Origin: a bacterium | Lineage (GTDB): Bacteria > Actinomycetota > Coriobacteriia > Coriobacteriales > Eggerthellaceae | Assembly (NCBI GenBank): GCA_963621885.1 | Contig: CAVFFT010000004.1 | Location: 12 to 64,011, forward strand | Length of the DNA stretch: 64,000 nt | Reading direction: 5' to 3' | Shown: positions 1 through 9,300 of the stretch, one piece after another | How the letters are laid out: every line of letters starts with the position of its first letter | How positions within the stretch are numbered: the first letter of the stretch is position 1 | The notes under the pieces: model-generated | Seen by the model: the letters and a program-made list of their open reading frames with translations, nothing else | What the model was told of the DNA's origin: nothing | The model's database searches: none | Made by a program: the position numbers and the translations under genes

Positions 1-12
1 GCATGGGACGCC

Positions 13-52
13 GCGGGCGGCCGGCCGGAGACGGCCCGCCGCCCGCTTTTTT
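13..52 (+). terminator. Rho-independent terminator of an off-window upstream gene
   Basis: GC-rich imperfect inverted repeat gcgggcggccggcc / ggcccgccgcccgc followed by TTTTTT. Confidence 0.6.
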
Positions 53-371
53 ATATCCGAGGCTTGGAGTCTGGTTCCCTCTTTTTCGTGTCAAACGATG
101 CTTCTATCAAATCTGGCTGGACGGGTGCTTTTACCCTTTTCGGATCCAGGCCTGTGCCGCATGATGCTGCTATCAATTAGTTGCGCAGCTGCGCCGCCGT
201 ATGCCTTGCATTCCCGCATATCCTCAACCTGATTCGCAATTTTTGTCTGTGATTCAAGCAGATAGGCGCTCCGGGATTCTTTGTGGTTCTAGTCCGGCTA
301 CGTAAGCTTTGCGCTGAATTCGATTGAAAGTTTTTACGCGTTTGATTCTGCCTCTTAGGCTTCAACGCGAC

Positions 372-404
372 GAGAAAAACAATGCACCCTCGAAAGGGTG
401 CATT
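372..404 (-). terminator. Rho-independent terminator ending the MFS/small-ORF transcription unit
   Basis: Perfect 10-bp stem aatgcaccct/agggtgcatt with cgaa loop (381-404). On the minus strand it is followed by GTTTTTCTC. It lies about 35 nt past the small ORF stop. Confidence 0.65.
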
Positions 405-438
405 AGCTTGTGAGGTATTCGGTGGTTGGTTGGTAGAT

Positions 439-615
439 TTATTTATTCTGTCTCCTGGCAAAGCGCCTCATCAGGAAAACGAGTCCGTAGCCTACCACGC
501 CGATGATGATGAGCGTGTTCGTGTCGTAACCTGTCAGCAATCCGCCAAGCAGAATCACGAAGATGCCGGGGCTCAAAATGTTGCAGAGCAGATTGAAATC
601 TATCATTTTGCTCAT
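439..615 (-). CDS. Small hydrophobic protein (58 aa, two predicted TM helices plus basic tail), below the ORF-track size cutoff
   Basis: Hand translation gives MSKMIDFNLLCNILSPGIFVILLGGLLTGYDTNTLIIIGVVGYGLVFLMRRFARRQNK. ATG at 615 is preceded by GAAAGGTG. Same strand as the MFS gene and followed by a strong terminator. Confidence 0.35.
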   Translation of the reverse strand: MSKMIDFNLLCNILSPGIFVILLGGLLTGYDTNTLIIIGVVGYGLVFLMRRFARRQNK

Positions 616-689
616 CACCTTTCAGCTCCGTCGAACTTGTATGTTTGGTCCGGCGGTGATTATTCCGTGACTGAAGTTTACGGGAATTC

Positions 690-715
690 GCGGCGCCTCG
701 AAAGGGAGGCGCCGC
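690..715. other. GC-rich 10-bp hairpin between the MFS gene stop and the small ORF
   Basis: gcggcgcctc-gaaagg-gaggcgccgc. No clear U-tract on the minus strand, so it could be an intercistronic stabiliser or a weak terminator. Confidence 0.3.
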
Positions 716-772
716 ATTATTTTGGGGGATTTCGGTGCTGGAATTACAAGCGCCGCGTCTTGCTAAGCGGGA

Positions 773-2164
773 TTACGCTTCCTGCTCAGCCATCTTCTTG
801 GCTTCTGCAGCGAGTTCAGCGTCGGACTTGTACCACGTCTTCCGACGGGCCTTGTCACCAGCAAACCAGGTGTAACCCAGAAGGCCGAAGGTGATGGTCA
901 GAACGAGGATACCGCCGATGAAGAAGCCGTCCCAGCCGAAGTTCTCAGAAACGAGGGCCCAACCAGTTGCGCCGAGCGCTCCGATGCCGTTGAAGATCAT
1001 GATCATCCAAGAGTAGATCTTGTCGAAATCGCGTCCACCCATGATCTCACGGGTGATGAACGGGAGCATAGCCGTTGAGCAGGCGTAGGCGAGACCATAG
1101 AACAGACCGCCGCAGAACATCGGCCAAATACCCGCTTCCCCAAAGAGCTTCGGGAGCCACCACATCATGCACAGACCGATAACGCCACCGCAGTAACCGA
1201 TAATCTGTGCAACGACGACCGAACGCGATTCGATGAAGCCGATGAGGACCTTGCCGCCGCCCTGGCCAGCGCTAGCGAATGCTTCGAGTGTGCCGGAGAG
1301 AAGCAGGAGAGCGACAATCGCTTCGCCGCCCCAACCCTCATGGCCGAGGAACTGGACATAGGTTGCGAAGAGCTGAGACATCGTCGTGATGGTGTTCAGC
1401 AGGCCAGCGCCGAGAACGAGAGTCCAGAAGAAGGGCATCTTCAGAACGTCCTTCGCCACGAAACCGGGCTCCTGAATAGCCTTCTTGCCTTCTTCTTCAG
1501 CCAATTCAGCTTCCATGGCAGCGGCGTCGAGCGGCATGCCATAGGGAAGGGTTCCGCATTCCTGAGGAGTGCGCTTGACGAAGATGGCGATCAGCGGAAT
1601 CGTGCCAACCGCGATGCAGACACCAAAGATCAAGTAGAGGGTTCTCCAACCAGTCAGTTCGGGACCAAGGACAAACTGGCCGATGATGTTCCAAACGACA
1701 CCACCAACGCCGGTCATGGCGAACACGATACCGGTCACGGTGCCGTAATTGGTGTGGAACCAGCGGCTCAGGATGCCCGCGGTCATCGTGAATTCGACGC
1801 AGACCAGGCCGAGGCCGATGATGAGGCCGGCAATCCAGTAGCACCAGATTGCAGGATAGATGCAGAAGCCCATATAGGGAATGACGACCATGAGTGCCGC
1901 GATCATGCAGACAGTCTTCGCATTGAATCTGTCAAAAAGCCTCGCAGCGGGGGCAGCGCCAATGCATTGTCCCAAGTATACGAAGGTGACATAGAGCGAA
2001 ACTTGCGATGTCGGCACGCCAAAGTGCTGCGACACCGGGCGATAGCACAAGCCCGCAGCCGTGAACACGATACCAACGGCGGTGAGCATCGCGAGCATCA
2101 TGGTCAGCACGACTCCTACATGGCGTGGTGTCAGACCTTGTCGGGCAATTTTCTCTGTAGCCAT
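773..2164 (-). CDS. MFS transporter (12-TM type; oxalate/formate-antiporter-like by overall look)
   Basis: Track ORF 773..2179. Hydrophobic throughout with a central cytoplasmic loop. The true start is likely ATG at 2164 (MATEK...), preceded by AAGGAGG plus a 5-nt spacer; the track TTG start lies inside that SD. Confidence 0.85.
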   Translation of the reverse strand: MATEKIARQGLTPRHVGVVLTMMLAMLTAVGIVFTAAGLCYRPVSQHFGVPTSQVSLYVTFVYLGQCIGAAPAARLFDRFNAKTVCMIAALMVVIPYMGFCIYPAIWCYWIAGLIIGLGLVCVEFTMTAGILSRWFHTNYGTVTGIVFAMTGVGGVVWNIIGQFVLGPELTGWRTLYLIFGVCIAVGTIPLIAIFVKRTPQECGTLPYGMPLDAAAMEAELAEEEGKKAIQEPGFVAKDVLKMPFFWTLVLGAGLLNTITTMSQLFATYVQFLGHEGWGGEAIVALLLLSGTLEAFASAGQGGGKVLIGFIESRSVVVAQIIGYCGGVIGLCMMWWLPKLFGEAGIWPMFCGGLFYGLAYACSTAMLPFITREIMGGRDFDKIYSWMIMIFNGIGALGATGWALVSENFGWDGFFIGGILVLTITFGLLGYTWFAGDKARRKTWYKSDAELAAEAKKMAEQEA

Positions 2165-2197
2165 TACTACCTCCTTCAACGGTAATGGTTTACGCTC

Positions 2198-2254
2198 ATG
2201 ACCAGGTGGGAACTAAAGCGTTTAGCTAATCCCCCGGCGTGCTCACCTGGTCAT
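2198..2254 (-). promoter_or_regulatory. Structured 5' leader of the MFS gene (11-bp perfect inverted repeat)
   Basis: atgaccaggtg (2198-2208) pairs with cacctggtcat (2244-2254), 35-nt loop, about 20 nt upstream of the SD of the MFS gene. Confidence 0.35.
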
Positions 2255-2347
2255 AGTAGCCTCTTGGCCTTGGATAATTCATAAAGCATGTCGGAAATAA
2301 GGACAAGTAATGGAAATCTAATGAGTATTCCAGTATTAAAGTTTTCA

Positions 2348-2374
2348 AATTGAGACGCGGACTTTCTCTCAATT
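2348..2374. promoter_or_regulatory. 8-bp perfect inverted repeat in the AT-rich divergent MFS/UbiD promoter region (candidate operator)
   Basis: aattgaga-N11-tctcaatt, sitting in the visibly AT-rich 2250-2540 spacer. Confidence 0.3.
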
Positions 2375-2564
2375 GCGGACAATTCTCTTGCTCTGGTGGT
2401 TTCGCTTTTGAGACTTTTAGAAGTCCTCATTAGTAGTGGGCTCATTCGGCGAGAAGGGCATAGTTTCCCGTCATTCATTAATTGCCAGCATTAATGGAAT
2501 ACATGGCAGAAGCCTTTAGAGGGTAAAATCAGAGCGTTGTATCAATGTGAATAAGGAGGCTTGC

Positions 2565-4031
2565 ATGGTTGATAGCTTGCGTTCCGCGATTGAGTTCCTG
2601 AAAACTCTCGACGGGCAGATTGCTTATACCGATACCGAAGTTGATGCGGATGCCGAGATTTCGGGAATTTATCGCCATGTTGGTGCAGGTGGAACCGTTA
2701 TGCGCCCGACGAAGGCGGGTCCGGCTCTGCTGTTCAACAATATCAAGGACTTTCCCGATAAGCGCGTGATCATTGGCGTGCTGGCAACCCGCGAGAGGGT
2801 GGGTCATCTCCTGGGTTGCGATCCGCGGAAGCTCGGTTTCCTTCTGAAGGATGCGGTCAGCAACCCTCAGCAGCCTGTTGTGGTTGAGGGCAAGGTTCCG
2901 TGTCAGGAAGTCGTGAAGTACGCGACGGATGAAGACTTCGATATCCGGAAGATTCTTCCCGCACCGAAGAACACCGAAGAGGATGCAGGTCCGTATATCA
3001 CCCTGGGCATGGCCTATGCCGCCGATCCGGAGACGGGCGTTCAGGATGTGACGATTCACCGCCTCTGCCTGCAGGGCAAGGACGAGATTTCAATTTATAT
3101 GGTGCCCGGCTCTCGCCACATTGGCGCGATGTTTGAAAAGGCCGAAGCCATGGGAATCAATCTCCCCATTTCGGTCAGCATTGGTGTCGACCCGGCCATC
3201 GAGCTTGCAACCTGCTTTGAAGCGCCGACGACGCCTTACGGCTTCGACGAGCTCCAGATTGCAGGCGCTCTGCGCAACAAGCCGGTTGAGCTGTGCAAAT
3301 GCTTGTCCGTGAATGCGAAGGCCATCGCGAATGCGGAGTTTGTCATCGAGGGCGAGATCGTCTGCGGCAAGCGCATTGTGGAGGATGTCAACACGGGTAC
3401 GGGCAAGGCCATGCCGGAGTTCCCGGGCTATACCGGACCGGCGAACCCTTCGGTCCCGGTCATCAAGGTGAAGGCCGTCACCTACCGCGAGCATCCTATC
3501 ATCCAGACCTGCATTGGTCCTTCCGAAGAGCACGTCAGCATGGCAGGCATTCCCACCGAGGCCTCGATTCTGCGTATGGAAGAAGAGGCGTTGCCGGGTC
3601 GCGTCCAGAATGTGTACTGCCATTCCGCGGGCGGCGGAAAGTATCTCGCAATCATTCAGTTCAAGAAGGGAATGCCTTCCGACGAAGGTCGTCAGCGTCA
3701 GGCTGCCCTTATCGCTTTCAGCGCTTTCAGCGAATTGAAGCACGTCATTCTCGTCGATGACGACGTGGATATCTTCGATACGAACGACGTTCTGTGGGCA
3801 CTCAACACGCGCTTTCAGGGTGATAGGGACATCATCACGATTCCTGGCGTGAGGTGCCATCCGCTCGATCCTTCCGAGCGCGTGGCGTACAACCCGCTTC
3901 TGGAAGATGACGGCATCTCCTGCAAGACGATTTTCGACTGCACGGTGCCCTATCGACTGAAGGACAAGTTCCAGCGCTCTAAGTTCAAGGATGTCGACAT
4001 GAGCAGCTACGATATCAAGCCGCTGAAATAG
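2565..4031 (+). CDS. UbiD-family (prenyl-FMN-dependent) aromatic acid decarboxylase
   Basis: Track ORF 2547..4031. UbiD-like over the full length (LFNNIKDFP..., GPYITLGM..., HRLCLQGKDE..., ELQIAGALR..., FDCTVPY). ATG at 2565 is preceded by AAGGAGG. Confidence 0.9.
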   Translation: MVDSLRSAIEFLKTLDGQIAYTDTEVDADAEISGIYRHVGAGGTVMRPTKAGPALLFNNIKDFPDKRVIIGVLATRERVGHLLGCDPRKLGFLLKDAVSNPQQPVVVEGKVPCQEVVKYATDEDFDIRKILPAPKNTEEDAGPYITLGMAYAADPETGVQDVTIHRLCLQGKDEISIYMVPGSRHIGAMFEKAEAMGINLPISVSIGVDPAIELATCFEAPTTPYGFDELQIAGALRNKPVELCKCLSVNAKAIANAEFVIEGEIVCGKRIVEDVNTGTGKAMPEFPGYTGPANPSVPVIKVKAVTYREHPIIQTCIGPSEEHVSMAGIPTEASILRMEEEALPGRVQNVYCHSAGGGKYLAIIQFKKGMPSDEGRQRQAALIAFSAFSELKHVILVDDDVDIFDTNDVLWALNTRFQGDRDIITIPGVRCHPLDPSERVAYNPLLEDDGISCKTIFDCTVPYRLKDKFQRSKFKDVDMSSYDIKPLK

Positions 4032-4064
4032 CAGTTCCGAGTCGCTAGAGGAACGCAACAGAAT

Positions 4065-4098
4065 GCGCCGGGGTTCGTGAAGAGCTCCGGCGCTTTTC
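4065..4098 (+). terminator. Rho-independent terminator of the UbiD gene
   Basis: gcgccgg-N15-ccggcgc followed by TTTTC. Confidence 0.7.
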
Positions 4099-4217
4099 TA
4101 TTAATAGGAGGGGAAGCGGGGGAAGTACTCCGGTTGCGCAGAGGCGCCCCGTGTTAGAAGTCGTGAAGAACCTGTGGATGCGTGACCGCTCGGGAAAAAT
4201 ATAAGCGATAAGGCTTG

Positions 4218-4426
4218 CCTAACAAATGGAAACTGGTATTCTAAATGCTGTTAGGACAACCTAACTAATTCGTTGAACCCGAGAGGTTCAAAGCAAGCCG
4301 CGCAGGCTTCTACCATCCCTGGTATCTGCGTTTGAGCGCCACCCGGAACCAGCCACCGGGAGTCTCCTTGGCGCGATGCGATTCGGGGAAGTCTCCTGTC
4401 TCCTCCTGCGCGGCTCTATTTATCTT
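4218..4426 (+). ncRNA. Candidate structured RNA of unknown class in a convergent intergenic region
   Basis: Hairpins cctaaca/tgttagg (4218-4255) and ttgaacc/ggttcaa (4273-4291). An 11-bp closing helix agccgcgcagg (4296-4306)/cctgcgcggct (4405-4415) encloses nested helices gcgcca/tggcgc and cccgg/ccggg, then CTATTTATCTT. Strand is assumed from the T-rich tail. Confidence 0.35.
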
Positions 4427-4620
4427 ACTGCACTCCTCGCCTTATGCTGCTGAAATCATTTGAGCGCCTGACGCTTCTGATTAATGGCGAAAGGGACGCT
4501 TCGCGAATATCGGAAGCGCCGTTTGTTCGCGATCCATGAACAGGGGATTGGCTGAGCGCATCCGCGCTTCTGCTATGTATGCAAAACCCGCGAGGATTCA
4601 ATAGCCGACGACTTTCCGGC

Positions 4621-4681
4621 TCACGAAAATGACGAAGGGCGTGCTTCACGAAAATGGTGAAGGGAAGGTCACGATAAGGTG
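4621..4681. repeat. Three imperfect tandem direct repeats (about 23-25 nt period)
   Basis: tcacgaaaatgacgaaggg (4621), tcacgaaaatggtgaaggg (4646), tcacgataaggtg (4669); immediately 3' of the GT2 stop codon. Confidence 0.4.
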
Positions 4682-4690
4682 TTAAGCCGT

Positions 4691-5653
4691 CTATTTCCCC
4701 TGTTCGCGATGCATCTTCTCGTAGTAAGCAATGACCTGCAGCTCATAGCTTTTTCGGGCGCTCTTCGCGGTGGTATCCAGAATGAGGCCACAGCCTTCAG
4801 CCAGGAGGCCGCAGAAAACGAGTCCGGTCGCGAGCATGGCGGAGGGGAAGCGTTCAACGAGACCGGTGCGCGAGAAGTCGACGACGACCGGAATACCGAC
4901 GATAAGGCCAAGCGCTATGAACACAATTGCGATGATGCTAAAGAGCGCGAGCGGTCGGTAGTCCTTGAACAGCGATGCGATCATTCTCAGAACGGCTATT
5001 CCGTCTGAGAAGGTGTTGAGCTTTGAAACGCTGCCCTCCGGACGGTCGCGATAGGCGATGGGAATCTGCGCGATGCGCCAACGCTTGTCGGCTGCGTGGA
5101 TGGACATTTCCGTCTCGATTTCGAAGCCGGCCGATTCAACCGGGAGGGTCTTGGCGAAAATGCGGCTGAATGCGCGATAGCCGGTCATGACATCGTGATA
5201 GTCGTACCCGTAGATGCGCTTGATCAGGCTACGAACAAGGTCGTTTCCAAAACCATGGAACGCGCGGGTGTTCTCTTCGCCGTAGCTGCCATTGGAAAGT
5301 CGGTCGCCAACGGTCATGTCCGCTTCGTCATTCAGAATGGGCTCGACAAGCGCACGAGCGGCCTCCGCGGGGTAGGTGTCGTCACCGTCAACAAGGATGT
5401 AGGCATCGGCATCGATGTCGCGAATCATCTGGCGAACGACGTTTCCCTTGCCTTGGCGCGTTTCGCGGCGCACGATCGCGCCATGCTCCCGCGCGATTTC
5501 GGATGTCGCGTCAGATGAGTTGTTGTCGTAGACATAGATGTCCGCTTCGGGCAGCTCACGATGGAAATCGTCAACCACCTTCGCGATGGTCAGAGCCTCG
5601 TTGTAGCAGGGTATAAGTACCGCAACGGAGGCGCCTTCCTTTATGTCACTCAT
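4691..5653 (-). CDS. Family 2 glycosyltransferase with C-terminal TM helices (polyprenol-phosphate sugar transferase-like)
   Basis: Track ORF 4691..5662. Motifs VLIPCYNE, YVYDNNSSD, VDGDDTY, plus C-terminal hydrophobic helices. ATG at 5653 is preceded by AAAGGTGG plus 5 nt. Confidence 0.85.
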   Translation of the reverse strand: MSDIKEGASVAVLIPCYNEALTIAKVVDDFHRELPEADIYVYDNNSSDATSEIAREHGAIVRRETRQGKGNVVRQMIRDIDADAYILVDGDDTYPAEAARALVEPILNDEADMTVGDRLSNGSYGEENTRAFHGFGNDLVRSLIKRIYGYDYHDVMTGYRAFSRIFAKTLPVESAGFEIETEMSIHAADKRWRIAQIPIAYRDRPEGSVSKLNTFSDGIAVLRMIASLFKDYRPLALFSIIAIVFIALGLIVGIPVVVDFSRTGLVERFPSAMLATGLVFCGLLAEGCGLILDTTAKSARKSYELQVIAYYEKMHREQGK

Positions 5654-6133
5654 GAATTCCACCTTTCAGCTATCGGGGTGCTGAGTATAGCAAGCGGACG
5701 AACGCATGCCGCGTATCCACAATCACGCTATGTAAAAGGATTTCATTCCCCCGCGGTCTAGGATAGCGCGTGTAAAGCTGTGGGTTGTTATCCCTCATAT
5801 GAATGGCGGATTCACTTGCGCGAATGCCGTTGGTGGTGCGCAAAATCTATCCTGGAAACCGATTTGCTGCACGCGTAAGTAGTTTGTAAACAGCCTGCGA
5901 GCTCGGCCGCGCGTGGATTCGATTTATGGTTCGGCATAAGGTTTTGCCACCTCATCGGGCGTTTCTTCATATACCCAATGATTTTCGGCGCACTATGTTG
6001 CGTCCTTGTTTCGGGAAGGTTCCAAATGCGTCAAATGCCGTTCTCGTCGGCACTTGCTTCGCGACATTTGCGCATGATGATAGGCATGCAGTGCTATGAG
6101 AGTCTTATCCCATGAGATGAGGAGGGACTGCCA

Positions 6134-6355
6134 GTGGGTAGAACAATGAGCAATGTGTTGGAACCACACCCTCTGCAGCGCGATGCCGATGAGCTCAGGC
6201 TTATCAATCGCGCGAAGAGCCTTCTCATGTCAAATTGCGATTTGACAGAGGCGCAGGCGCACCGGTGCCTGCAGAAGATAAGCATGGAGACATCCCGACC
6301 CATGACGGTTGTGGCACAGCAGCTTATCGACGCTTTCGGGAGACGCGTCGATTAG
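6134..6355 (+). CDS. Single-domain ANTAR RNA-binding (antiterminator-type) protein
   Basis: 73 aa. ...INRAKSLLMSNCDLTEAQAHRCLQKISMETSRPMTVVAQQLI matches the ANTAR helix pattern. GTG start is 8 nt after GGAGG. Confidence 0.75.
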   Translation: MGRTMSNVLEPHPLQRDADELRLINRAKSLLMSNCDLTEAQAHRCLQKISMETSRPMTVVAQQLIDAFGRRVD

Positions 6356-6356
6356 G

Positions 6357-6378
6357 ATCTTGGCAAGGACGACAAGAT
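6357..6378 (+). promoter_or_regulatory. Hairpin holding the gltB SD in its loop and part of the ATG in its stem
   Basis: Stem atcttg/caagat plus a c-g pair, hexaloop AAGGAC (6365-6370). Starts 2 nt after the ANTAR stop codon; the 3' arm overlaps the ATG at 6377. Confidence 0.3.
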
Positions 6379-9300
6379 GAGGAGTGGACAATTGAGTCAG
6401 GGGCATTTGAAAACGGAGGGTGCCCGTCATCCTTCGCGCGGGCTGGACGTGATGGAATCGCATGATTCCTGCGGCATCGGTGGCGTTGTCGACATTCAGG
6501 GACGCAAAAGCCATGCCATTGTGGACGACGCGCTGAAAATCGTGGAGAAGCTTGAGCATCGCGCGGGCAAGGACGCGTCAGGCAAGGTCGGCGACGGTGT
6601 CGGCATGATGCTTCAGGTTCCTCATGCGTTCTTCTCCGCCGCATTGGCTGAAGAGGGGATTGAGCTGGGCGAAGAGCGCTCATATGGCGTCGGCATGTTC
6701 TTCTTCCCTCAGGGGCGCATTGAGCGGAGCCGTCGCAAGAAGCTGTTCGAAATCATTCTCGAGAAGGAGGGTTTCGAGCTTATCGGATGGCGTCATGTTC
6801 CGACGTGCCCGGAGGTTCTTGGCGAGCGTGCGCTTGTCTGCATGCCCGATATCTGGCAGTGCTTTGTGCGCGAACGCGAGGGCAATGCGCGCGGCATCGA
6901 GCTTGATCGGCGCCTTTATGTCATCCGCCGCGAGTTTGAGCAATCCGCAGACGACACCTATGTCGTTTCGCTCTCAAGCCGCACCATCGTTTACAAGGGC
7001 ATGTTCCTGGTAGGTCAGCTTCGCTTGTTCTATCCCGATTTGTGCGACGCGCGCTGCGCATCGGCGTTTGCCCTGGTCCATTCGCGTTTCTCCACGAATA
7101 CCGACCCGAGCTGGGAACGCGCGCATCCGAACCGCTTTATTTTGCATAACGGCGAGATCAACACCATCCGCGGCAACATCGACCGCATGCTTGCTCGTGA
7201 GGAGACGATGCACGCCGAATCGTTCTTGCGTGAAGACCTCGAGAAGGTCCTGCCCGTTGTCGATACCGCCGGTTCCGACTCGGCGATGCTTGACAACATG
7301 CTCGAATTCCTCGTGTTCTCCGGGATGCCGCTTCCCAAGGCGGTTTCTATCGCGATTCCCGAGCCGTGGAGCAAGAACCCTGCCATGTCCCCGGCGCTGC
7401 GCGATATGTATCACTACTACGCGACCATGATGGAGCCTTGGGACGGCCCGGCCGCGATCCTCTTCAGCGATGGCGACCTTGTGGGCGCGGCGCTTGACCG
7501 CAACGGCCTGCGTCCGCTTCGCTATTACGAAATGGCTGATGGACGCATCATTCTGTCCTCTGAGGTCGGCGTGCTCGATATCGACGAGCGTGATATCGTC
7601 CGCAAGGACCGCCTCCATCCGGGCAAGATGCTCGTCATCGACACCCAGGCGGGCGTCGTTCATGAGGACAACGAGATCAAGGGCGGTTACGCGAAGAGCC
7701 ATCCTTATGGTGAGTGGCTCGACGCGGAGCTGGTGCCCCTGTCGTCTCTCCCCATTCCGAACAAGCGCGTGGTGCGTCATAGCAACGAGATGCGCGACAA
7801 GCTTTACAAGGCGTTTGGCTATTCGTGGGAAGAGATTCGCACGACCGTCATCCCGATGGCGGAGACGGGCAAAGAGCCGACGGTCGCCATGGGCGTCGAC
7901 ACGCCGCTCGCGGTGCTCTCCAACCATCACCGCCCACTGTTCGACTACTTCAAGCAGATGTTTGCGCAGGTCACGAACCCGCCGATTGATGCGGTGCGTG
8001 AAGAGGTCGTCACCGACACGACGGTCTATGCGGGATCCGATGGCAATCTGCTTGAGGATGTGCCGGAAAACTGCCATGTCTTGCAGGTGAACAACCCGAT
8101 TCTGACGAGCACCGACCTCTTGAAGATCAAGAACCTCGACATGCCGGGTCTGAAATCGGCGGTTGTGTCGCTTCTCTATTACAACAATACGCCGCTCGAT
8201 CACGCGATTGACAGGCTTTTCATTGAATGCGACAAGGCCTATCGCGATGGGGCGAACATCATCATCCTGAGCGACCGCGGCGTCGACGAGAACCATTCCG
8301 CGATTCCGAGTCTGCTTGCGGTGTCCGCGCTCGAGCAGTACCTCGTCCGGACGAAGAAGCGCACGGCGGTTTCCGTGGTGCTTGAAAGCGCCGAGCCGCG
8401 CACCGTTCATCATTTTGCGACGCTTCTGGGCTACGGCGCCCGTGCGGTGAATCCGTATCTCGCACAGGAATGCATCGAGGAGGCGGTTGAAGACGGGCTC
8501 CTCGACAAGGATCCGTACGCCGCGATTGACGATTACAACTCCGCCATTTTGAATGGCGTGGTGAAGGTCGCTTCAAAGATGGGCATCTCCACGATTCAGT
8601 CGTACCAGAGCGCTCAGATTTTCGAGGCGGTTGGCATCGAGCAGTCGGTCATCGACATGTACTTCACCAACACGATCAGTCGCGTTGGCGGCATCGGCCT
8701 CGCAGAGATCGCAGAAGATGTGAGCTGGCGTCATGACCTGGCCTTTGATCCGCTTGGACTCGATTCCGACGCGACGGTCGACTCTGTGGGCGTGCATCAG
8801 CTCCGTAGTGGCGCGCGTGCCGAAGACCACATGTACGATCCGGAAACGATCATCAAGCTGCAGGAGGCGACGCGTACCGGCGACTACGATCTCTTCAAGG
8901 AGTACACGGGCCGGGTGGATAGCGTCAAGCGCCCGCATACGTTGCGCAGCCTGCTCGAGATCGACTACGAGAAATGCGACGCGATCGACATCAGCGAGGT
9001 TGAGCTCGCATCCGAAATCGTAAAGCGCTTCAAGACGGGCGCGATGTCCTATGGCTCTATTTCGCAAGAGGCACATGAGTGCCTCGCGATCGCGATGAAT
9101 CGCCTTGGCGGCAAGTCGAATTCCGGCGAGGGCGGCGAGGTCAAGGACCGCCTGGGTACCGAACGAAATTCCGCTATCAAGCAGGTGGCTTCGGGTCGTT
9201 TCGGCGTCACGAGCGCCTACCTGGTGAGCGCGCGCGAGATTCAGATCAAGATGGCGCAGGGCGCGAAGCCGGGCGAGGGTGGACACCTTCCGGGTAAGAA

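Noticed and set aside
2251-2478. 75-aa minus-strand ORF in the AT-rich MFS/UbiD spacer
   Set aside because: It has no SD, a composition unlike neighbouring genes, and it would occupy the whole divergent promoter region. More likely non-coding regulatory DNA.
4296-4415. Assigning the structured element to SRP RNA, because of the CCCGGAACCAGCCACCGGG hairpin
   Set aside because: The hairpin has a 9-nt loop rather than the GNRA tetraloop, and it lacks the GGAAGCAGCC-type domain IV core. RNase P, tmRNA and common riboswitch signatures are also absent. I left it as unknown.
5990-6133. Search for the canonical ANTAR target (two tandem A1/G4 hexaloop hairpins plus a terminator) upstream of the ANTAR gene
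   Set aside because: I found only ordinary small hairpins with 6-8-nt loops lacking the A1/G4 pattern, and no U-tract terminator. No call made there.
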